From: Octopus bimaculoides | Lineage: Eukaryota | DNA length: 64,000 nt | Reading direction: 5' to 3' | Assembly (NCBI RefSeq): GCF_001194135.2 | Contig: NC_068994.1 | Span: 57,291,194 to 57,355,193 of the forward strand | Part shown: piece by piece, positions 12,741 through 23,250 of the stretch | Numbering within the stretch: position 1 is the first letter of the stretch | How the letters are laid out: every line of letters begins with the position of its first letter | Program-made: the position numbers and the translations under genes | The notes under the pieces: model-generated | Seen by the model: the letters and a program-made list of their open reading frames with translations, nothing else | Database searches by the model: none | Told to the model about the DNA's origin: nothing

Positions 12741-13100
12741 AGCTATCGATTTTAGCTTGAAGATTTGCAATAGATATTTGTATTCGTTTAAACCTATTAA
12801 AACTTTACCGAGTTTCTGTGAAATGCTGACGTAGAACCAACCATATTTTCAGTTATGTAATAATCTATGTACATAGCCTCACGATTAGCAATAAATATCG
12901 GTATTCGTTTAAGCAGAAGTATATTATAGATTTTTGTAGCGGCGAGCGTTGACGTAGAAAATGTTATTTCCTAATTAAATAAGCTATGTATTTTAGCCTT
13001 TTGATTAATAACAGATATTGGTGTTCGTTTTAAGTCTATAACTTCCATGTAGAGTTGGCTTGGGTCGTGCTGACGTACAAAGGTACGTTATTTTTTACTT
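12741..13100. repeat. Three degenerate tandem units of about 121 bp
   Basis: T(A/G)TTCGTTT at 12781, 12902, 13022; TGACGTA at 12827, 12950, 13071; CTAT..ATTTTAGC-like motif at each unit start. Confidence 0.8.
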
Positions 13101-14097
13101 ACTAGGAACGAATTGCTTACTGAGTCTGTCGGAGCCTAGATTTGAAAGGACGATCTTTCAATGGCCATGAATTTGCTTTACCTAGCAGTAAGCTTGCGAT
13201 AGTTTATGTTTTTGGGTATGTTAGATACACTGAATTATAGATCTAAAAAAATATATTTACAATACACGCATGCTCCCACACAGGCACTCACACACACACA
13301 CACACACACATGCATGTACAGCGGAATGTTCACGACTTTTGTCTTTATTTCTAAATAAGAGCGTATCTTTGAATATAATATACCAGAAGAGAAAATTAGC
13401 AAATAAAGCGCAGTCGCCTTTCACAAGAAACACACATATACGAAAACATGTATGAGTTATGAAAGCTAAATAACCAAATACGGTGCGCTAATATATAATA
13501 TATGATTGCGCATTTCCATATCACATATATGCACGTATTACATAATACCTCCATTGCTGAATACATGCGCGCGATATCTGTAAGTGAATATGTACGCATG
13601 TACCAGCTCAAATGCATTCAATAAAAATTATACACAGCATATTTCTTCGCACGTTTGTTGTTACATCCAGAAAGGGTATTTGCAAGTATCATAGCAGAAA
13701 GCAATTTTCCTGGTGTCAGCTTTAGTACCGCATAAAATATTTTCAGATTTCTTTACAAAAGAATAACCAACGTGAAATTAAATTAACGCTTAATGAAACT
13801 CCATAAATCAACAAGCTTCTATTGAAAATATTGTGATAATTAGCAATCACATACATACACAGAGCAAAACAGGGGCGTTCCATCTTCTACGGAGCAAATA
13901 AGAGAGAATAAAGTTGAAGTATATTATTCATGTATGTGTATACACGCACACAATACAAGGTACACACAAACAGATATGTTTGTGCGTGTGTGTGTGTGTG
14001 TGTGTGATTTTAAACGAATAAGTAGATAAAATACGCATTCTCACATACGCATATATATATCAGTTATATATATGACATATAATATATCAATATACAG

Positions 14098-14151
<54 letters not shown>

Positions 14152-14374
14152 NNNNNNNNNNNNNNNNNNNNNNNNNNNNNNNNNNNNNNNNNNNNNNNNN
14201 NNNNNNNNNNNNNNNNNNNNNNNNNNNNNNNNNNNNNNNNNNNNNNNNNNNNNNNNNNNNNNNNNNNNNNNNNNNNNNNNNNNNNNNNNNNNNNNNNNNN
14301 NNNNNNNNNNNNNNNNNNNNNNNNNNNNNNNNNNNNNNNNNNNNNNNNNNNNNNNNNNNNNNNNNNNNNNNNNN

Positions 14375-14412
<38 letters not shown>

Positions 14413-14496
14413 CCCGTATTAAACATTCCGCTGAGATATCAAATATGCAGATATATTATATACGATATATGTTTATTTGCTTTCAAACAACCACGT

Positions 14497-14499
14497 CAG

Positions 14500-14531
<32 letters not shown>

Positions 14532-14532
14532 G
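14497..14532. repeat. (CAG)8 CAA (CAG)3 trinucleotide tract
   Basis: Direct reading; followed in frame by TAG. Confidence 0.95.
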
Positions 14533-15056
14533 TAGAGTCTGGCTGCGGCAGTGCTGCTTGTGAAGTACGTTGTGGCAGTTATAGACTCATATAATCTCTT
14601 TTTGATACATTCGCAAACGTAATTCGAAATACTCGTAAATAACGATTCAAGAGCGCGTGCGTCTTGCTCTGCGTATGCATCCATTCGATTGCGAATGATC
14701 TGATGTGTGTATGCGTGTATGTGTGTATGTGCGTGAGCATGTACGGTTTCTGTAGAATGTAAATGCAAGTACGGTAGGTAAACTTATGTGCACAGGTAAG
14801 TGTAGGGATATTCATGTATTGAGGAATAGATAAGCTATTGAGAAAGTGAACAGGAAGATGTAATGAAGAAAAACAAGAAGTGCAATATGATGAAGAAGAA
14901 GGAGAAGACGAGAAAGACAAAGAACATCAACAACAACAACAAAATGCATAATAAAAATAACAAGAAGTGGTAGATTAAACAGCAAGTCGTGTGGTGGTTA
15001 TAGAGAATTGAAGCAGAAGGAAATATTGGATAATAATATAAGTGCATATGTAAATT

Positions 15057-15092
<36 letters not shown>

Positions 15093-16212
15093 NNNNNNNN
15101 NNNNNNNNNNNNNNNNNNNNNNNNNNNNNNNNNNNNNNNNNNNNNNNNNNNNNNNNNNNNNNNNNNNNNNNNNNNNNNNNNNNNNNNNNNNNNNNNNNNN
15201 NNNNNNNNNNNNNNNNNNNNNNNNNNNNNNNNNNNNNNNNNNNNNNNNNNNNNNNNNNNNNNNNNNNNNNNNNNNNNNNNNNNNNNNNNNNNNNNNNNNN
15301 NNNNNNNNNNNNNNNNNNNNNNNNNNNNNNNNNNNNNNNNNNNNNNNNNNNNNNNNNNNNNNNNNNNNNNNNNNNNNNNNNNNNATATATATATGATACA
15401 TACGTATCCTCCATTACAACATGAAGTAGAAGAGAAGAAAGAAAAAGAGAGAAGGAATAGTGAGGCATACATAATAGAGAGTGTGTGTGTGTGTATGTAT
15501 GTGTGTGTGTATGTGTGTGTGTGTGCGTCTGTGTGTATGTGTGTGTATGTGTGTGTGTGTGTGTATGTGGTAGAGAAAAAGTGAAAGAAAGGACAACGAG
15601 AAATTAAGAGATAGAGAGAGAACTGAGACGATTAGGCGCCTGCTGTTATTACCGTTATTTCCTGAAGACAATATTAGGTGACAAAATAATCAAACCAGCT
15701 ACTAAAATACGATAATCGATTCAAGCTTCAATTTTTACTTGACAATTTCTCTTTTTCCGCCATTTTTAGTCTTTTATTTTATGTGAATATATTTTCGTTT
15801 TATATTATTTTTAACCACTTTTCCAATGTTATCAGAAGGAAACCTTTTGCGCAGAGTTTTCACAACTTTAATATCGTTTTAGCTAGAGATTTTCAGAAAG
15901 ATCCATCTGTGATGGCGCCTATTTAGATTGATATTAACGGAAACTTTCACTTCTATGCTATAAAATGAACACGAAACACATATTTGAGGGCGAGTCGTTT
16001 GCAATAACTGAATCGAATTATGAGGATCGTTAGTTTAGTAGATGCTATTAGTAAAAGTTTAAGTCAGTGTATGAGAAAGGAAATAGGTATACCATTCTCT
16101 CCAACTCAGCATTTTTTATTATTTTTTATTTTAGTAGTTGAAGTAATTATCGTGTTAACAACTTTGCCGTCTATTAAAATATATAATTATACGTATGAAG
16201 AAATACACGAGC

Positions 16213-16284
<72 letters not shown>

Positions 16285-17426
16285 TTTTATGTTTGTGTGT
16301 CTATATGTGTATATATTTACAGGTATATATATGTGTGTGTGTGTATGTGTGTATGTGTATTTATATATATATACATATATACATATATATATGTGTCTGC
16401 GTGTCTGTGTGTATATATATACATATGTACATATACGTGTGTATATATGTGTATAATATATGTATATATTTATATATGTATATGCATGTATATGCATATA
16501 CATATACATAAATATATATGTATATATGTACATATGTACATATGTATATATTTACATATGCATGTAAATACACATACACACATGTACACACACACACACA
16601 TACGCACATACACAGGTAAGCATATACGTGCAAAACTAGGCGTAGCCTGATAAGAGACGAATACCAAAGGTAAAATATAATATTATTTTATTGAAGCCGA
16701 AAAACTTCACACAGTGATTCAGTTTCATGTAACCGTTCGTTAGAACGTTTTTGATAACTGAGATAAATAGAATAATCTATAAAATTATTTTATTTGTCGG
16801 TTTTATTACAACTGTCCAATTAATGATTACGTGGAACTTATTAACAGTTTTCTGAATTTAATTTTTGGCGGCTGCGCGGAGATTAGAGTGTGTGTGTGTA
16901 TGTGGGTGTATAATAGTGATTTTGGCCGCTGAAACATGTTTAATTACAAACTAACATGCAAAACCTCAACACTAATTTATGATACATCTGAGTATTAAAG
17001 ATGTAAAAATTAGCGTTCACAGTATCAACAATGACAACACTCAGCTCATTACTACTTCGCTAAAGAGATTAAAATGTTAAATATTATAAACTTGTATGTA
17101 AATTAATATGGAAGGAATTAAATGATGTCGGTGATTATAAATATTGTTCGTCATTGCTTATAATACTAGAGTTTGCGTTGAGGTTTTCTATAATTGGTAC
17201 GAGATAATTGTCCATATGATTATTAAATGAATATGACTGATTTATATGCGATAATATGTATGGATGTCAGGAAAGATGCAAAAACAAGACTGATGTAGAC
17301 AATGAATATGCGCGAATCTGCTTCTGACTTATCAAAGAGCAACTGATCGATTCCAGATTTCCTAGGTAATGATACATATAACATTTGGGACTGATTAAAA
17401 AATTAAGTAGTGATGAATTTAAATTG

Positions 17427-17471
<45 letters not shown>

Positions 17472-17473
<2 letters not shown>

Positions 17474-17655
17474 TTATGAGCGATAGTGGTGTCAAAAACT
17501 AATTATTGCTTAATCATCCTCTCACACCGTCTCCGATGAAGGGATATAATAAATATCCTGGAAACAGCTGTAAGACATTCTATTTATAAATGTTCTGTAT
17601 TATACACAGCCTTGGTTTTTTTTATCTCATTACGAAAAGTAAATCCTATATCCTG
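17472..17655 (+). mobile_element. Probable Penelope-like element terminal (pLTR-like) fragment
   Basis: Contains the hammerhead-like motif at 17529-17576 and directly follows a (TA)n tract. PLE assignment is inference from the ribozyme type; boundaries approximate. Confidence 0.45.
17529..17576 (+). ncRNA. Minimal type-I hammerhead ribozyme-like motif (non-canonical)
   Basis: Stem I GTCT/AGAC; core CCGATGA; extra A; stem II GGGATAT-AATAA-ATATCCT; extra G; GAAA; stem III C-AGCT-G with palindromic loop; cleavage triplet GTA. Confidence 0.6.
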
Positions 17656-18670
17656 GGGTTAAAATAACAGCGTCGACTGTTATCAGAGAACACCCACGTT
17701 TAGGTGGCGATAAACGCTATTTCTCAGTATAAATACGACTTTCATCTCTAATAGCGATTTTGTTAACGAGCCAGTTTTCTAATAGTTGTATTGTATATTC
17801 TGCTGAGAAAGTATGTGCAACTTCACAACATGAAAGTTTGTTCAGAACAAATCCTTGCAAAAATGTGAATTAAAATGAACCGAAGTTGTAGAACAACATT
17901 TACGATTTACGTGTAAAGAGTTTTAAGTCAACATCTATATAACACTTGGACTTCAAATGGAGCAGATATCGGTCAAGGAAATAAATAGAACCAAATAACA
18001 ATGATATATAAAAAAAACATAAAAATATTCTTAGAGCTTGTCTCTCCATAATTCACGGATCATTTCAACCCATCATGATGCCATCAGGAGAAGATAACCC
18101 GCGTTACCTTTAAGATTTCATGACGAAGAACTGATGCAAAAGTATCTGAGAAAATCACATGGGAAATAAATACAGATACCACTTGGGTCGAGGATATTGT
18201 AGCACTGAAAATTCTATTAGTTTTTTAAGCGAACCATGAATAAATGAGAGGAAAATAGTTGGAGCATGCTAGATAATGTAGGTATTATATGAAGAAAACA
18301 ATGAAGAGGTTTAATAGGATATATAAATCGATAGAGATATATTATAAATCGATATAAATTCTGTATAAATTGATCTATACACACTACGAAATCTGGGGAT
18401 GTTTTAAGTAAACAATAATTAAGGAATTATATTAGGTGTATTATCTAAATTATAGTTTCCCGTCTATAAATTGGGTAGGAACTGATTTGAATTGGAATGG
18501 CTCACCGTTATACGTGATATCAGGCGTAGTAAAATCTTATTTATTTTTAGACAAACAGATCTCCGGTTTAGTATGAGACTTGATGTACTTCAAATATTTC
18601 TAAACAAACCCAAGGAGATTAGATCTTGTATCTTAAAATTCGATGGTTTAATATAGACGGCAAAAAGTTA

Positions 18671-18746
18671 GGGCAGCTAGCTGGCAGGATTGACATTACT
18701 CCCTCCCCAAAATTGTTTACCTTGTGTCAAAATTTTGAATCCAATA
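18671..18746 (+). mobile_element. SINE family A with large internal deletion (head joined to tail)
   Basis: GGGCAGCTAGCTGGCAGGAT joined to TTACTCCCTCCCCAAAATTGTTTACCTTGTGTCAAAATTTTGAATCCAATA. Confidence 0.6.
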
Positions 18747-19292
18747 TACGTGAGCTGAATGAAGTATAAAATGAAGATGGTACTCCATTTATATTAACCC
18801 TGTCGATAAAAAGCTTCTAGAGCGAAGCCAAATTGAAGTAGATGCTACACAGTTGGATTGGGGATTGCCGTCCACCAATATCACATAAAATCTCAGGTAA
18901 CAGGATTCTATTTATATAAAAACTTCTCTCGAAGATACTTCTTTTTCCACTGCTTGAAGAAACAAAATGCAGAAGCTTCTATATATGTAAAAAAGAAATA
19001 TGTGCATATTTAGTAATTATGTGAATATTTTCCGGAGTTGTTCTTCCGTTCAGTTGTTTCCTATACATATTGGTCATTGCCTCAAAAATGTCTTAATTAA
19101 TTATGAGGCATATCAATGGTCAAAGGCATCAACAATAGGAATTAAGATGTATTGTAAGAGCTTCATGAGTTTCTAGTCACAATATTGTATACACACACAC
19201 ATCATAGAAGTAAATAGACATTAAAATTTATTTAAATCTGAAATTATACATTCAGATTATATATTAATCATTATAATGTGAATATTTAATTT

Positions 19293-20000
19293 TTAATAGA
19301 CATGTCCTTTGCATTTCTTCAATTCAAGGATCCTTTAAGGCATGCTACTGATAAAATGAATAATATTCTCTTGTGGAATTTCTTGCCAAGTTTCATGCAG
19401 TAATCTCAAAAGATCTGGCTTTGAGGATGCTTTCTTGTTCTTTTTACGAAGTGCCTTGACCATTGTGTCGCAGGTGCACTGAACGTAGTTCATATCTGCT
19501 GACTGAATTGACCATAGAAGTGTCTTAATGCCATTCTTTTCCAACAAACTTGGGTGTCTTTAGTCGTGTGACATAAAGAGTCTGCTTTAATCGTTTCACC
19601 ATTGGAGAAGATTGGAAGGAGTCCTTTCTGCAATATGAGCACATATTTATCTGATTTCTCAGATAAATAAGTATTTCCATCACACTCCACCAGCTCTGAT
19701 TGACCATTGCTCAAAATTACTCCCCAGATCATCACAGAATAGCTGCCTTGTTTCATTGTCGGCTGCAATCTTTTCATGTCAGAGTTTCCAGACCCAAACT
19801 GAACAACTGTCAGAAAATTCAGTAAATCTGGACTCATCAGAGAAAATGATGGGGTCCCGAAATTCGACCGGCCACTCCATCATCTCACTGACCCAATCTT
19901 TTCTCCACTTGATATTGGTTGGTTTAAAAGGTGGCTTCCTTCCTGCTGCTCTGCCATAGTAGCCAAGTTTGTGGAGATATATTGTCGCTGTTTCACCCAC
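19293..20000 (-). pseudogene. Decayed Tc1-family (Tc1/mariner) transposase
   Basis: Frameshifted fragments LHKLGYYGRAAGRKP...IIFSDESRF, LQPTMKQGSYSVMIWGV...KYVLILQKGLLP, LLWSIQSADMNYVQ...LHETWQEIPQENI..FISSMP*RILELKKCKGH match Tc1 motifs (SDESRF, PTVKHGGGSVMVWG, WPSQSPDLNPIE, SMPxR). Degraded sequence probably continues to about 20240. Confidence 0.9.
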
Positions 20001-22802
20001 GTATCTTTTACCTGTTTGTAGTTAAACATAGAACAGCTCTTTTCCTCTCTTCATCGCTCTCAGCCAAATGGGTAATAACTTGTTATTTAGATATTTCTCT
20101 TCACAGTCGTTGAAGTTTATCCAAATATTTTAAGATTTCCCCCAAATATTAACTGTTGCTGATGCAGACCATCAGCAATTTCTAAGAATTGTAGATTTTA
20201 ATTCGGGGATAATTCTTGGATCGTAATTTTTCCTACTGTACTATAACATATAATGGACAAGTCACTGGTTAATTTCAGCCAGATTTAAATCTCTTCAAAA
20301 CAAAGAAAGAGACAACTAAAAGTTAATTTGTATTACAAAATATTCAAAAATTTCTTTCTAAAGTAGGATAAATTATGTACAGTTTGGTTTGTTATTGGCG
20401 ATTCACAGCGCCAGAATATAATAATCCTCTTAGACGTAAAAATTATTTTCTATTGACATTGTTATTGATTATAAAATCTCAATATGTGCATTTCTCTGTT
20501 TATTTTGTAGTTCTAAACAATTTAATTTTATTTTAACCAAGTGAACTTATATTTCAATTTAGTGAAATTTGTTTACGTTTTCAAATATTTATTTGTCTTC
20601 TTTCTCAAAATAATATTAATTTAGTCTTCAATATTTATCACTGAACTTAGTGATATAGTGATGTTTCGTAGATATGTGTACAGGAAAGAGAAAAGAGGCA
20701 GACATCAAATTAAGTGCAATTTTAAGCTACGTCTAAGTACAAAACATGACATGAAATTGTTTTAGTTTTATTCTAAACAATGATAATGCTTCACTGTAAA
20801 TTCCAAACGAATCGTTTTTTTTTTCTTCTCAGCTGTGAATTTGAAATTCCCCAAAATACAAGAGCAAATATGACTGACATAGCAAAAACTACTAAACCGC
20901 TTTATTATATGAAATTTAAAACAGAAAGTTTCAATTAGAGTCATTCTCCTGTTTTATGTTCAGCATTTATGATTCCCTCATTTATAAGATGTTTTTCTGT
21001 TTCTTTTCTTCTTTTTCCTTTTTCTGTTTCTTTTCTTATTTTTTTCTTTTATACAGAAATAATAGACGTTTAGGTACTATTTCGGGATTCTATAGTAACT
21101 TTCTGTTAGATAAAGGGGCGAAAATGAGCCTTTAGTTGAAGTAAAGAAAAGAGCGGGCACAGCATTGATTGAACTAACCTTTGACTGCCATATCATATCT
21201 CATGGTCAGCATCAACTAAGCACCTGACTTTGATGTTCAATGATGGATCAAGTCTTCATACACGAGATAAATAGCATTATGAGAGTCAGAAAAGGAACCA
21301 GTCAGAAAAATCTTCCCTATACAAATATATACACCCAAGCAATTTTCGCAGCTTTATCGCAGTAAAACTTTAGAAGACATGTTTTCTGCTTATCAGTAAA
21401 ATATTGATAAGCTTCGAGTAGCGACTGAAACCCTCATCAGCTAACGAATGTGAGTGTGTGAGTGTGTGTGCACGTGTGTATGAGTGATATCCATATGATA
21501 TTATGTGACTCTCTCTAGGCGAATGTACTCCTGTAGTTTTACTCGTTGTTCATACATGTCTATTTATCTATTTGTGCGTGTGTGTGTACGTGTGTCTCTG
21601 TGTGTGCGTGAGTACACGTGTATGTGTTGTTATTTGTGTAATATCATGCAATATCATATACGGAATATTAATATTTACAGTTCAAAAATCGTCGATACTC
21701 ACACAACCTATACATCTCAAGTATCAGTGAGTATTTCTAATACATTCTAATCTCCCTGATCTCCATGCAACAGATTACTATGATTTAGTCGATATGCTGG
21801 AGGCTGTATCTCTATTGCAATACCGTAAATATACTTAAATTAAATGTATCTCTATTCCTACATTCAGTGAAAGGAACCAGGCAGAAGAAAGAAGAAAACA
21901 AGAAGCAAATTTTTCCGCTGTATTTATTGGTTCTTGGAAGATAAAACCGAAATGGACCCCTTCGTATCTGCCATAAGTTATCTACAGAGTCTTTTTTATT
22001 TACATATAAGCTGCTCTCAAGAACATTTATACAACTACATCATATTTCTGAATAAATGAACAATCACAGTCTTCATTCATAAATCTTATTGTTATAATGA
22101 ATGCTGTCATATCAATGTTAACTAAGCGAAGCAATTCAGGTTTCCCGTCTGATTCCGTATCAGGAATATTTATCCTCCTCCCCTGACCTCTGTTCTAATC
22201 ATTTCTTTAACGTTCGAACAAAATTATAAACCTATATTGATTACTTCAGCAAAGAATGGCCGTGTTTAAGGATAGAATTTCGTGCTTCACTCCCATAACA
22301 CACATCGAAATTTAAAAATAAAGTTGCAGCTCTTTTCTGTTACTATTTTATTCATTAGTTTTGTTGGGGTTTTTTTTGTTTTGTTTTTTTTTTTGACAAG
22401 AACAGAAAAATACGAAAAAATACACAAAATATTGTTCGGTCACAAAAAATATATAAAAGACAATTTAGAAGAAGAAATATAACCAATCGATGCTACTAAG
22501 AAAATTCTAGACACGTTGTGTTGAAGTCTCACGCTTTATTTGCAGACACAATGACGCGTGGTTCATCAAGTTAGACTCACTTGGGAAGAGTAGTGAATTA
22601 TCATTGTTCAAAAAGAAATGAAACATTCGCTCTTATTCATATTGAATATTATTTTTCCGTTGAGTGTAACGTTAACAAAGAAAAAACCCTGAAAACTATC
22701 TTTCTGTCCAGCAAGATGGACTTTGCCATTTGAGGCTGATGTATTCATTGTTTCAAAATAGACGAAAAATGCTGATATGGGGTTAATGTTTTTGTAACCT
22801 AA

Positions 22803-23018
22803 AGCAACGAGCTGGCAGAGTCGTTAGCACGCCAGGCAAAATGTTTAACGGCATTTCGTCCGTTTTTTACGTTTTGAGTTCAAATTCCGCCGAGGTCGAG
22901 TTTACCTTTCATCCTTACGAAGTCGATAAAATAAGTACTACTTGAGCACGAGGGTTCTCGTAATCATTTAGCCCTTCCCCCGAAATTGCTGGTCTTGTTC
23001 CAACATTTGACGCTAATA
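22803..23018 (+). mobile_element. SINE family A, full length (first of a tandem pair)
   Basis: GAGCTGGCAGAGTCGTTAGCACGCC...GAGTTCAAATTCCGCCGAGGTCGA...GTCGATAAAATAAGTAC...CCCCGAAATTGCTGG. Confidence 0.85.
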
Positions 23019-23032
23019 TTTTTAGTAACCTA

Positions 23033-23250
23033 GGGCGGTGAGCTGGCAGAATCGTTAGTACGCTGGAGAAAATTGTCAGGGTTATTTCGTCTCTCTTTAC
23101 TTCCTGAGTTCAAATTCCGGCCGAGATAGTCTTTTCCTTTTATCCTTAGGGAGTCGATGAAATAAGAACCAGTTGAGTACTGGGATCGATATAATAGACA
23201 TACCCCTTCCCCTGAACTTGTTTGCCTTGTACCATAATTTGCAGTTAATA
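23033..23250 (+). mobile_element. SINE family A, full length (second of a tandem pair)
   Basis: GGGCGGTGAGCTGGCAGAATCGTTAG...GAGTTCAAATTCCG...GTCGATGAAATAAGAACCAGTTGAG...CCTTGTACCATAATTTG. Confidence 0.85.

Noticed and set aside
14497-14535. PolyQ-like tract with a CAA interruption
   Set aside because: Followed immediately by TAG, with upstream frame running through (TA)n and a gap; no convincing exon context.
17269-17365. AG...GTAAT-bounded segment as an exon
   Set aside because: Stops in all three frames.
19180-20480. Terminal inverted repeats for the Tc1 fossil (TACAGTAGG on minus at 20232-20240)
   Set aside because: No matching partner found at the other end.
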